From Promethearchaeota archaeon (GTDB lineage: Archaea > Asgardarchaeota > Lokiarchaeia > Sigyniarchaeales > SOKP01), in contig JBHLNF010000001.1 in NCBI GenBank assembly GCA_048937405.1, forward strand, positions 752,785 to 816,784: DNA of 64,000 bases, written 5' to 3'. Of this stretch, positions 49,430 to 59,157 are shown in pieces. The translations under genes and the position numbers were made by a program. Under the pieces are notes generated by a model that worked only from the letters and a program-made list of their open reading frames with translations, did not search any database and was not told where the DNA came from. Position 1 is the first letter of the stretch; every line of letters begins with the position of its first letter.

Positions 49430-50374
49430 ATGAAAATTGAAAAATCAAGCCAAGATCTAGAAAATGAAGTGATCTATTCTGGGCTATGCATCCATTGTGG
49501 AAATTGTAATGCGTTTTGTCCACATATGGATTTTAACAAAGAAACTGGAGAAGCATATGTCGTAGATGAGTGTGCTGAAACTGTAGGACTCTGTTATAAT
49601 AGTTGTCCACGAAGTTTTCTCCCTATATCAGAAATGGAGCAAAAAATGTTTGGAAAAACTCGTATTGATCTAGGTGTTGGAGTATATAATGATATAATTC
49701 AGGTAAAATCAAAAAATAAGGATGAGATTTTGTATAATCTTGTTGTTGCTGCTTTCGATACGGGAATTGTGAAGCATATGGTTTTAAGTGAACCACAAAG
49801 TAAAAAACCACCAGTAGCATTTCCTGTCGTTGTAGATAATGCTAAAAATGCTAAAAAATTCATTCCAAAAACGACAATGGATAATGCTGGACCATTAATA
49901 ACTGGAATTGGTCAAGCATATAGGGACTATAAACGAGATATTGGAATAATTGCTAACCCATGTCATTTACAAGGGCTTGCTAAAATTTTGGTTTCTGACT
50001 TTAATACTGGAGCTGAACGCACTTCGTTAAAAATAGCATACGCTTGTTCCTCTGGTGGTATGACTGGATGTAAATATTGTACGGATTTTTCAGGAGAATT
50101 TTCAGATATTTCTTACTCCCCATGGGGAGCACCAAAGGGTTCTGGAGAGGCATTCTTAATTATTAGAACTGATATTGGCCAAAAACTTGTAGACGCTGCT
50201 GTAAAAAGTAAATTGATCGAAATTACAGATCCAAATCCAGATTTGTCAGAGATGAAGAAGTTTTTAAATAAAAAACGCAAGAAAAACTTTATAAACCTTC
50301 TGGGTAAAGATTTAATAAAAGCTAAGTATTTAAATCTTAATGTCGACGAGTTAAAAGACATTCTTGAAGAATAA
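49430..50374 (+). CDS. Coenzyme F420 hydrogenase/dehydrogenase beta-subunit family (FrhB/FpoF-like) with N-terminal ferredoxin domain
   Basis: CIHCGNCNAFCP, C..V.LCYNSCPR, NPCH, GCKYCTDFSGEFSDIS, IIRTDIG. Confidence 0.85.
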   Translation: MKIEKSSQDLENEVIYSGLCIHCGNCNAFCPHMDFNKETGEAYVVDECAETVGLCYNSCPRSFLPISEMEQKMFGKTRIDLGVGVYNDIIQVKSKNKDEILYNLVVAAFDTGIVKHMVLSEPQSKKPPVAFPVVVDNAKNAKKFIPKTTMDNAGPLITGIGQAYRDYKRDIGIIANPCHLQGLAKILVSDFNTGAERTSLKIAYACSSGGMTGCKYCTDFSGEFSDISYSPWGAPKGSGEAFLIIRTDIGQKLVDAAVKSKLIEITDPNPDLSEMKKFLNKKRKKNFINLLGKDLIKAKYLNLNVDELKDILEE

Positions 50375-50407
50375 TATAAACTAGATTTCTCTAATTTTTA
50401 TTATTTT

Positions 50408-50947
50408 TTATTTATTTTTAGGTAGTACTTGTCTCTCCATTATTTTACGTGTTAATGTCTCAAAAATCATATTATTATTTTCACCACTTTTAGAGGATGT
50501 CTCAAAAAAGTAATCCAAATGATATTTATTTTTAAATTCCTCACCATCTTTATATTTTACACTCCTCCTGATGTCAGCTAAATCAAGTTTTTCTCCAACT
50601 AAGATGAATACAGGATTATCCGCATTATCATTAACAATTTTAAACCATTCATCTAAACTATCAAAACTAGTTTGTCGTGTGATGTCATAGCAGAGTAAAC
50701 AACCTGTAGCACCTCGAGAATAATTTGGTAAAAATATTCTAAATCTCCTCTCCCCTGCAAAATCCCATATCTGGAGATTTACTTCAGTATCATTATCAAT
50801 TTGTATACTTTTTACGGCAAGGTCAGTTCCTATTGTAATTTTTTGTGGTATAAATTGTCCTGTCGTAAGTCTCTGTACCATTGTACTCTTTCCTACGCCT
50901 CCATCTCCAATGATAACGACTTTGAAGAGCATTTTTCGCTGAGCCAT
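50408..50947 (-). CDS. Rab-like small GTPase
   Basis: GDGGVGKS, TIGTDL, LQIWDFAGE, RFR, YSRGA, CYDIT, GEKLD, ETSSK. Confidence 0.92.
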   Translation of the reverse strand: MAQRKMLFKVVIIGDGGVGKSTMVQRLTTGQFIPQKITIGTDLAVKSIQIDNDTEVNLQIWDFAGERRFRIFLPNYSRGATGCLLCYDITRQTSFDSLDEWFKIVNDNADNPVFILVGEKLDLADIRRSVKYKDGEEFKNKYHLDYFFETSSKSGENNNMIFETLTRKIMERQVLPKNK

Positions 50948-51020
50948 GATACAGAACCTAATTCTTTTGAGGATACTAATTATAATAAAATAAGTTATGA
51001 TTTTAATAAATTTTTATTAT

Positions 51021-51601
51021 AATAATTCATGAAAACCCCTCCCTAAAGGGAGGGGATGAATTGAGGATGAGAAGAAAACCATCAAACTATTAAACCCTCC
51101 TCTTTTTAAACTATTGTTTCCCCTATTATATTCAAATAAAATTGATTTAAAAGAAAAAAGAAACAGGTGAGAAGAAAAATAAAAAAAATAAATAAAATTC
51201 TCAACCATTCGGTTCATAACACAGGTTATATATCAAGATTTGTCGAATTCTTAACCTATAAAGTAGAAAAAATAGGTAAAAGAGTAATAAGAATTGATGA
51301 GTCCAAGAACACAAAAACCTGTTGTAAAGGTAGAAGGTTGAAAAAAAGGTTACTCTTCGAAAGAAGAATTTCATGCGACTGAGGAACTGATGTTGACCGA
51401 ATTCTCAACTTAGTCATCAATATCATGACTTGATTTTTAATGATTAAGCAAGAATATGAGTTCTTATCGCATAAACCCTCTGTGGACGAGAAATAATTCC
51501 TGACACGATGGAATGGTTTTCTACGACACACAGACCAACCCATACTAGTAGCGGTTGCGTACTCATAGGAAGCCACATCCTTTAGGCTGTGCGTAGTTCA
51601 C
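51021..51601 (+). mobile_element. Internally deleted IS200/IS605-family element (TnpB relic, PATE-like)
   Basis: Left-end hairpin CCCCTCCC-TAAA-GGGAGGGG (51036-51055) after TTAT; right-end GAAGCCACATCCTTTAGGCTGTGCGTAGTTCAC (ends 51601); TnpB fragment between. Confidence 0.8.
51167..51433 (+). pseudogene. tnpB: TnpB C-terminal fragment (Zn finger/RuvC III) with stop codons
   Basis: FVEFLTYKVEKIGKRVIRIDESKNTKTCC..CD*GTDVDRILNLVINIMT*, a degenerate DRD.NAAINI motif. Confidence 0.8.
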
Positions 51602-52473
51602 TCAGTATTTAATTGTTTTTTAATTTTATTATTCAATGATTTTAGATTTTCAATTAATTTTATTTGAGTATTTCTAGGTAAAGCTTCCATAATTTTATCT
51701 AATTTTTCTCTACTGAAATTATTTATTATCATATAATTTAAAGTAAGAAGAATTATCGTTATTGCCGGAGGAATAACGAGAATCACATAGAAAAAATATG
51801 AAATACTTATTGATTGAGACCCTGGAAGGTAGAACTGTATTCCAAAATTAGGATAATTATTTACAAACAAGTTTGTTATTAGAGCTATTATGTTTAAAAT
51901 TAGAAAAACCAAGAAAGCTACAAGGGAAATCACCTTAAAATTTTTTAGTTTTAAAACTGAAATGATATTACTATAGTCTTCAGAAATCTGAGGTGTAATT
52001 TTATCCTCAATCATGGTTGGTATGATTTCTATCTTCGTATATTTCCATAAATCAATAAAGATCCAAAAAAAACTAAATGTATAAAAAAAAGTAAGGAAAC
52101 CAAGAAAATATAAGATATAATCATCAACAATGAGTGGATTGTATAATGATTCAGCACCTATCCAAAAAATTAAAATCATCTGAAATAATGAACAAAAGAA
52201 TAACCGGTTTGCATTTTTTCCTTCTATACCCAAAGGATTATAAATAATAGGATTACTTTCAAATATAGTTCTCTGTTTATTTGTATTAAGAATCCGAAAA
52301 AAAAATGAGAAGGTTGCTGTTACTAAAGGAAATAACAAGAACAATATGTTCTCCCATGAATGAGTAATTATCAATAGAAAAAAAAATGTGAATAAAACCA
52401 AATCTCTCAAAAGATTTTCGGAGATTAAGTCTTTTAACGATAAATATTGATTCTTATTATTTTCTTCTTTCAT
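51598..52473 (-). CDS. Hypothetical polytopic membrane protein (~6 TM)
   Basis: Hydrophobic segments; its stop codon lies inside the IS right end. Confidence 0.7.
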   Translation of the reverse strand: MKEENNKNQYLSLKDLISENLLRDLVLFTFFFLLIITHSWENILFLLFPLVTATFSFFFRILNTNKQRTIFESNPIIYNPLGIEGKNANRLFFCSLFQMILIFWIGAESLYNPLIVDDYILYFLGFLTFFYTFSFFWIFIDLWKYTKIEIIPTMIEDKITPQISEDYSNIISVLKLKNFKVISLVAFLVFLILNIIALITNLFVNNYPNFGIQFYLPGSQSISISYFFYVILVIPPAITIILLTLNYMIINNFSREKLDKIMEALPRNTQIKLIENLKSLNNKIKKQLNTE

Positions 52474-52631
52474 TTTTTTATTAAAAATACTTAATAATAA
52501 TTTTTTAAAATTTTAGTCTAGAATATCAATACTAAGAATGTAAACTTTTTGTTCTTATCTTATAGCCAAAAAATTTTAATTAAGCATACGATTTTATCTC
52601 ACTATATAACTCAAACACTTTAATATAGTAA

Positions 52632-53744
52632 GTGTGTGTAGAACTTTTGTGTGGAGAACTCAATAATCTTAAAAAGACTGCACTCTATGATATTCATCTA
52701 AAAAATAATGCCCGGATGGTTAATTTTGCTGGGTGGTACATGCCAGTTCAATATGAAGGTATAATTAAAGAGCATAATACCGTTCGCTCTTCCGCAGGAG
52801 TATTTGATATCTCCCATATGGGAGAATTTCTCCTTGAAGGAAAAGATGTTTTTAAATTTCTCCAATATATTATGGTAAATGATTTAAACTTATTAGAGCC
52901 ATCTAAAGGTCAATATTCTTGTATGTGTTATGAAAATGGATCAGTTGTGGATGATCTTGTTTATTATGAGGAAACCTATGAACGTTTTAGAATGATAGTG
53001 AATGCGAGTAATATTGAAAAAGATTATCAATGGTTAAATGATCATATCAGGGAATCAAATGTTACAATTACAGATTTATCAACACAAAGATCTCGAATAG
53101 CATTTCAAGGACCTGAAGCGGATGAAAAACTTCAACCTCTTGTTAATATTGATCTTTCTAAAATCAAAAGATTTTATTTTTCTCATTGTTCAATTAAAGA
53201 TATTCCAATCTTTTTGGCAAGAACAGGATATACTGGTGAGCGTGGATTTGAAATATCATTTGAAAATGAATTCGCAAAAAAAATATGGAATGAACTATTA
53301 AATACAGGAGCAAAACCCATTGGTTTAGGTGCTAGAGATTCATTAAGATTGGAAGCTTGTTATGCCTTGTATGGTCATGAGATAAATGAAAATATAACAC
53401 CTATTGAAGCAGGACTTAGTTGGTTAGTAAAACCAAAAGAAGGAATTGATTATATTGGAAAAGAAATTTTGATCAAACAAAAAACTGAGGGAACAAAAAG
53501 AACTTTAGTTGGTCTTAATTTGATTGATAAAGGTATTATCAGAGAAAACTATAAAATCTTTAAAAACAATGATGAAATTGGAATTATTACATCTGGAGGA
53601 TATTCACCTACACTTAAAAAAACAATTGGTTTAGGACTTATTGAGCAACGATATAATGAAATCGGAACAAAACTTGAAATTGAAATTCGTAATAAACTAC
53701 TACAAGGAGAAATAGTATCTACACCATTTTACAGGAATGTATAA
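52632..53744 (+). CDS. gcvT: Glycine cleavage system aminomethyltransferase T (start uncertain)
   Basis: FAGWYMPVQY, FDISHMG, VNASN, QGP, RTGYTGERGFE, GLGARDSLRLEA, TPIEAGL. Confidence 0.95.
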   Translation: MCVELLCGELNNLKKTALYDIHLKNNARMVNFAGWYMPVQYEGIIKEHNTVRSSAGVFDISHMGEFLLEGKDVFKFLQYIMVNDLNLLEPSKGQYSCMCYENGSVVDDLVYYEETYERFRMIVNASNIEKDYQWLNDHIRESNVTITDLSTQRSRIAFQGPEADEKLQPLVNIDLSKIKRFYFSHCSIKDIPIFLARTGYTGERGFEISFENEFAKKIWNELLNTGAKPIGLGARDSLRLEACYALYGHEINENITPIEAGLSWLVKPKEGIDYIGKEILIKQKTEGTKRTLVGLNLIDKGIIRENYKIFKNNDEIGIITSGGYSPTLKKTIGLGLIEQRYNEIGTKLEIEIRNKLLQGEIVSTPFYRNV

Positions 53745-53769
53745 TGAAACTTCAAATTATTAAGAAAGA

Positions 53770-54171
53770 GTGATAAAAATGGAATTTAAATTTCCTGATG
53801 ATTTAAATTATACTTTAACTCATGAATGGGTAAGACTTGAAGATTCACAAGCAATAGTTGGGATTACTGATTATGCTCAACATCAATTAGGTGATATTGT
53901 ATTTATAGAGCTTCCTGAAGTTGGTATGGTATTTGAGAAGGGAAGTAATGCGGCAGAAATAGAATCAGTTAAAGCTATTGGTGACTTAATAATGCCATTA
54001 TCAGGAGAAATCATTGAGGTTAATAAAAATCTCGATAATAACCCTGAACTTATAAATAAATCTCCTTATCTAGATGGGTGGGTGATGAAAATTAAATTTT
54101 CCCATGCGAGTGAGATAGATGAGCTTTATTCAGTTGAAAAATATAAAGAATTTATCCAAAATGAAGAGTAA
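53770..54171 (+). CDS. gcvH: Glycine cleavage system H protein
   Basis: HEW, GITDYAQ.QLGD, ESVKA lipoyl-Lys, PY..GW. Confidence 0.95.
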   Translation: MIKMEFKFPDDLNYTLTHEWVRLEDSQAIVGITDYAQHQLGDIVFIELPEVGMVFEKGSNAAEIESVKAIGDLIMPLSGEIIEVNKNLDNNPELINKSPYLDGWVMKIKFSHASEIDELYSVEKYKEFIQNEE

Positions 54172-54232
54172 TAATAATTGTTTCAATATTTTTTTAAAAT
54201 AATTATGAAAAAAATCTTAAGAGGGAAAATAG

Positions 54233-55579
54233 TTGGATTTTATTCCTCATGATGATAAAGAGATTTCACAAATGTTAGACATAATTGGTATAAAATCTTT
54301 ACAAGAACTTTTTCAAGATATCCCAAAAGATTTAATTATTGAAAAGCTTGATTTACCATCTGGTTTATCTGAACCAGATCTTTTGCAGGAGATCGAAAAA
54401 ATCTCTCAAAAGAATAAACTATATTCCAGTTCATTTTTAGGAGCAGGATGTTATTATCATTATATACCTTCCTTAGTGGATTTTGTAACTTCGAGATCAG
54501 AATTTTACACTTCATATACACCTTATCAAGCTGAAGCAAGTCAAGGTTATTTACAAGCTATGTATGAATATCAAACAATAATTTCTCGACTTACACAGAT
54601 GGATGTATCTAATGCTAGTATGTATGATGGTTCAACTGCTCTTGCTGAGGCAGCCATTATGTCTACAATTATTACACGTAAAAATACAATTATTTTACTT
54701 AATGGAATTCACCCAGAATACGAGGAAGTAGTTAAAACCTATTGTTGGGGCCAAAATATAAGAACTATTACCACTAGTGAAGAAGATTTACACTTAAAAT
54801 TAAATAATGATGTAGCAGCTGTTTTATTTCAAAGCCCTAATTTTTTCGGTGATATTGAAGATACCTTAAAGTTTACTAAAGTCATAAGAGAAAAGTTGTC
54901 TAACTGTTTGATTATTCAAGCTATGACAGATCCAACTTGTTTAGGGATTTTAAAACCTCCTGGAAAAACAGATATAGATATTTTTGTTGCTGAAGGACAA
55001 TCTTTTGGATTAAAACCTTCTTTTGGGGGTCCTGGATTAGGAATTTTTACAACTAAACAAAAATATTTGAGGAAAATACCAGGAAGACTAATTGGAAAGA
55101 CTACTGAAATTGAGGGTGAAAAGAACGGATTTATTTTAACATTACAAGCACGAGAACAACATATACGTAGGGAAAGAGCAAGTTCCAATATTTGTACCAA
55201 CCAAGCTTTATGTTCATTGGCTGCACTAACTTATCTTTTAGCATTAGGAAGATCTGGGCTAAAGGAGATTGCTACCCAAAATTTTCAAAAAGCTCATTAT
55301 ATAAAAAAAGAACTGAGCAATATTAGTGGATATGAAATTCTGAATAAAAAACCGACCTATAATGAGTTCATAGTAAAATGCCCTGATATTGATAATCTAT
55401 TAAAGTTATGTAAACAAAGAAATCTTCAGCCTCCTTTAAAACTCTCAAAATATTATCCCGAAATGGATAAAGTTGCATTAATTTGTGTAACTGAGATGAA
55501 TTCGAAGAATTCAATTGATAACTTTCTTGAAATAGCACAATTAACATCAAATAACAAAACGGAGGAAGATATTAAGTGA
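54233..55579 (+). CDS. gcvPA: Glycine dehydrogenase subunit 1
   Basis: FLGAG.Y, SEFYTSYTPYQAE.SQG, NASMYDG, REQHIRRERASSNICTNQAL. Confidence 0.95.
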   Translation: MDFIPHDDKEISQMLDIIGIKSLQELFQDIPKDLIIEKLDLPSGLSEPDLLQEIEKISQKNKLYSSSFLGAGCYYHYIPSLVDFVTSRSEFYTSYTPYQAEASQGYLQAMYEYQTIISRLTQMDVSNASMYDGSTALAEAAIMSTIITRKNTIILLNGIHPEYEEVVKTYCWGQNIRTITTSEEDLHLKLNNDVAAVLFQSPNFFGDIEDTLKFTKVIREKLSNCLIIQAMTDPTCLGILKPPGKTDIDIFVAEGQSFGLKPSFGGPGLGIFTTKQKYLRKIPGRLIGKTTEIEGEKNGFILTLQAREQHIRRERASSNICTNQALCSLAALTYLLALGRSGLKEIATQNFQKAHYIKKELSNISGYEILNKKPTYNEFIVKCPDIDNLLKLCKQRNLQPPLKLSKYYPEMDKVALICVTEMNSKNSIDNFLEIAQLTSNNKTEEDIK

Positions 55580-57012
55580 ATTCTAGTATTCAATTGATTT
55601 TTAATAAAGAAAACGAGAATTTACAACAGAATTTTGTCCCAAAAATGGATGTATTTCAAACTAATATTAAAGAAATTTTACCTGAAAATTTAATGAGAAA
55701 AGAATTACCAATACCGAATGTACCTGAAATTGAGATAGTCCGGCACTTTATAAGATTAAGTAATAAAAATTATGGTGTCGATACGGGGATTTATCCATTA
55801 GGATCTTGTACTATGAAATACAATCCCAAAGTAAATGAAACAATAGCAAAATTATCAGGTTTCACAAATATTCATCCATTACAGGAAGAAAATCAAGGTT
55901 GTTTTGAATTACTTTATCATATTTCAGAGTTATTAGGAAGAATAACAGGAATGGATGGATTTACATTACAACCTGCAGCTGGAGCTCATGGAGAATTAGT
56001 AGGATTATTGATGATAAAAAAGTATTTTGAAAGTAAAGGGATTAAAAAACAGAAAATTATTGTTCCAGACTCTGCACATGGAACTAACCCAGCTTCAGCA
56101 AAAATGGCAGGCTTTTCAATTATAGAATTAACATCAAATAAATTTGGAGAAGTGCCCTTAGATCAATTGGAATATGCATTAAAAGAAGGTGATGTTGCTG
56201 GAATTATGCTTACAAATCCTAATACACTTGGTATATTTGATAGACAAATTAAGGAGATTACTCGTCTAGTACATACTTATGGGGGCCTGTGCTATTATGA
56301 TGGTGCCAATTTAAATCCGATGTTAGGTATATGTCGTCCTCGAGACATGGGATTTGATATTGTTCATCTAAATTTGCATAAAACATTTTCTACTCCTCAT
56401 GGTGGAGGTGGACCAGGATCAGGACCAATAGGTGTGATTAGAGAATTAATACCCTTTCTTCCCAAACCCCATTTAAATTCTATTGAAAAAGATATTATAC
56501 GTAATGATACTTGTGATTTATCAATTGGAAGAATAAAAGCTTTTTGGGGAAATTTTGGGATTATTATTAGAGCTTATGCTTACATTTTAGCATTAGGTGC
56601 CGAAGGTTTAAAAAAAGTAGGACAAATTGCTGTTTTGAATGCGAATTATTTAAGGATTCTTTTAAAAGAGAAATACCATCTTCCCTTCAATCGAATTTGT
56701 CAACATGAATTTGTATTATCAGATCAAGGAATAACTAACAATATTACAACAGAAGATATTGCGAAGCGTATTCTAGATTATGGAATTTATGCACCAACAA
56801 TCTATTTTCCATTAATCATCTCAGGTGCAATGATGATTGAACCAACAGAAACTGAGTCAAAACAATCTTTGGATTACTTTGTTGAAGTAATGAATAAAAT
56901 TTATGATGAGGTTAGAACTCACCCTGAATTATTAAAAAAAGCACCTCATAATATGTCAGTTAAACGATTAAACGCAGTTACCGCGGCAAGAAAACCTATT
57001 CTGCATGATTAA
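55576..57012 (+). CDS. gcvPB: Glycine dehydrogenase subunit 2
   Basis: YPLGSCTMKYNP, QPAAGAHGE, SAHGTNPASA, LNLHKTFSTPHGGGGPG, MIEPTETE. Confidence 0.95.
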   Translation: MNSSIQLIFNKENENLQQNFVPKMDVFQTNIKEILPENLMRKELPIPNVPEIEIVRHFIRLSNKNYGVDTGIYPLGSCTMKYNPKVNETIAKLSGFTNIHPLQEENQGCFELLYHISELLGRITGMDGFTLQPAAGAHGELVGLLMIKKYFESKGIKKQKIIVPDSAHGTNPASAKMAGFSIIELTSNKFGEVPLDQLEYALKEGDVAGIMLTNPNTLGIFDRQIKEITRLVHTYGGLCYYDGANLNPMLGICRPRDMGFDIVHLNLHKTFSTPHGGGGPGSGPIGVIRELIPFLPKPHLNSIEKDIIRNDTCDLSIGRIKAFWGNFGIIIRAYAYILALGAEGLKKVGQIAVLNANYLRILLKEKYHLPFNRICQHEFVLSDQGITNNITTEDIAKRILDYGIYAPTIYFPLIISGAMMIEPTETESKQSLDYFVEVMNKIYDEVRTHPELLKKAPHNMSVKRLNAVTAARKPILHD

Positions 57013-57185
57013 ATTTATGCTAAATCAGCCTAAGTTTGATGTATTTTATGAAAAAAGGAAACAAAGATTTATTCTATTCTATATTTCAGGAATATTTACA
57101 TTAGAATAAATAAATTTTTATAGTCTATGGGAATATAAGGGTTAAAATAGAATGAAATTTATAAATTAGAATTCGGTGATTTAAT

Positions 57186-59153
57186 ATAGATTATTCCTCT
57201 TTTTTTCCCTATGAACAATTCAGAGAAAATCAAGAAAATATCATTAATCAAATTGAATTAAGTTCAAGATCAAAAAAAATCTCTCTATTATTAGCTCCTA
57301 ATGGAACAGGAAAGACAATAATTGCTTTATGTGGGTTATTACCTTTAGCTTATGAAAAAGATTTAAAGATAATATATATGTGTCGAACTCATTCTCAAAA
57401 TCGTAGAATTATAAAAGAATTAATAAAAATTTCAAATAGACTAATTAATGATAATCTAGGGATTAAACTTAACGCATTATCTATAAGAGGGAGAAATGAG
57501 ATGTGCCTAAATGAAACATTGATATCTCTTAAGCTAAATCCTAAAGAAGCTATGTCTGTATGCGGAGATTTAAGAAAAAATAGGAACTGTAGCTACTTTT
57601 TGAATTTGTTAAAAAAGAAAGGACAAAATGAAAATCCAATAATGATAGCACCAGAATTATTTAATAAGCCCGTGGATGCAGAAGATTTACTCAATTTTTG
57701 TAAAGAAAAGAAATATTGCCCCTATTTCTTAAGTAAGTTCTTACTTGAAAAAATGAAAATAATTATTTGTAATTACCAATGGATTTTCAATCCATTTATT
57801 CGAGAATCATTTTTAGAATTTATTGGTCAAGAACTTCAGAATTGTATTATAGTATTGGATGAATGCCATAATATAATTGATGTTGCTACAGAAGTAAATT
57901 CAAAAAGGATTACTCCATATTCATTAAGACTTAGTTTGAAAGATCTAGAGATGTATAGATCTCCTATTTTAATGCAAAGTTTTGTTAAAATTCTATTAGA
58001 TCATTTAGATGAAAAGAAAAAAAATCTAAAAATTGAAGAAAAAGCAATAGTACCTGAAAAATTATTGGGTGATAGTTATAAGAAACTGGGAATTAATGAT
58101 TTAAATGGATTTAAGAATTTTATTGAAGAAATACTTGATTATAGTGTATCTATTCATGAGGAAAAACTCGCTAATGGTGAAATTTCAAGAGACTATGTTG
58201 GATCATTAGCAGAATTTTGGCTGAAGTGGGTGAATACTTATACTTTAGATAATTATTTTTTCTGCTATAATGTGAAAATGATAAAAGGAAAGAAATCAAT
58301 ATCACTTGAAATTATAGCATTAGATCCAAGAGAAATTTCTATTCCTCTCTTAAAAAGAGTATATACTTGTTTAAATCTCTCTGGAACCGTGAATCCTTAT
58401 GTATTTAATAATTTAATGGGATTAAATGAGTGTGGTAAGAGCTATAAGGGTATAATAGCAGATTCACCATTTAGTAATAAAAATATTAAGGCTCTAATCA
58501 TCGATGGAGTTGATACAAAAAGGAATAACAGAATACCAATAATGTTCAAAAAAATGAATGAAAAAATTAATGAAGTTCTGCAGTGCACTCCAGCAAACAT
58601 AGGAATTTTTTGTGCCTCTTATCGAATCCTAAATTCGCTTGTGGAACATGGTTTAGAATCTATAGTACAAAAAAATGAAAAAAAATTATTTATTGAAGAA
58701 CCTGGATTGTCTGCTTCTGAAAATGCACTATTGATCGATGATTTTAAAAGTATGGCTTCAAATGGGGGTGCTGTGTTATTAGGAGTATGTGGAGGGAGGA
58801 ATTCAGAAGGAGAAGATTATCCTGGAAATTTCATGAATTCTGTAATAATTGCTGGTTTTCCATATCATCTACCAACTCCAAGAGTAGAGGCAAAAATCAA
58901 TTATTATAATAAAGTATTTAAAAAGCAAGGATGGAACTTTGCTTATTTATATCCCGCTGTTCAGCGAGCCAATCAAGCTTCTGGAAGACCAATTAGAAAG
59001 ATCTCTGATAAGGGAGCAATAATTTTCATGGACAGTCGTTTTAAAGAAAAATATAAATGGATTTCGGATTGGATAAGAAATCAATTAGAAATAATTCCTG
59101 ATAAACCTAAAGCAATAATCAAGAAGCTTTCTCCTTTTTGGAATAGGAAGTGA
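57186..59153 (+). CDS. xpd: XPD/Rad3/DinG Fe-S DNA helicase (N-terminus extends upstream of the called ATG; probable ATA start)
   Basis: Upstream in-frame FPYEQFRENQ (Q motif) and APNGTGKT (Walker A, 57294-57317); Fe-S Cys (MCLN..VC..NC..YCPY), DECH, SGT, SEGEDYPG, QASGRPIR. Confidence 0.9.
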   Translation: MDYSSFFPYEQFRENQENIINQIELSSRSKKISLLLAPNGTGKTIIALCGLLPLAYEKDLKIIYMCRTHSQNRRIIKELIKISNRLINDNLGIKLNALSIRGRNEMCLNETLISLKLNPKEAMSVCGDLRKNRNCSYFLNLLKKKGQNENPIMIAPELFNKPVDAEDLLNFCKEKKYCPYFLSKFLLEKMKIIICNYQWIFNPFIRESFLEFIGQELQNCIIVLDECHNIIDVATEVNSKRITPYSLRLSLKDLEMYRSPILMQSFVKILLDHLDEKKKNLKIEEKAIVPEKLLGDSYKKLGINDLNGFKNFIEEILDYSVSIHEEKLANGEISRDYVGSLAEFWLKWVNTYTLDNYFFCYNVKMIKGKKSISLEIIALDPREISIPLLKRVYTCLNLSGTVNPYVFNNLMGLNECGKSYKGIIADSPFSNKNIKALIIDGVDTKRNNRIPIMFKKMNEKINEVLQCTPANIGIFCASYRILNSLVEHGLESIVQKNEKKLFIEEPGLSASENALLIDDFKSMASNGGAVLLGVCGGRNSEGEDYPGNFMNSVIIAGFPYHLPTPRVEAKINYYNKVFKKQGWNFAYLYPAVQRANQASGRPIRKISDKGAIIFMDSRFKEKYKWISDWIRNQLEIIPDKPKAIIKKLSPFWNRK

Positions 59154-59157
59154 ATTT

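Noticed and set aside
49430-50374. Possible selenoprotein readthrough in F420/hydrogenase-related genes
   Set aside because: This ORF is complete, ends in TAA and has no in-frame TGA; the other TGA-ending ORFs checked show no convincing continuation
51374-51433. TGA at a Cys position of the TnpB zinc finger (CD*G) as possible selenocysteine
   Set aside because: The fragment has further stops, a degenerate RuvC III motif and no N-terminus; ordinary decay explains it
51017-51576. Minus-strand ORFs 51017..51217 and 51256..51576
   Set aside because: They are antisense to the IS/TnpB relic and show no TnpA HUH motif
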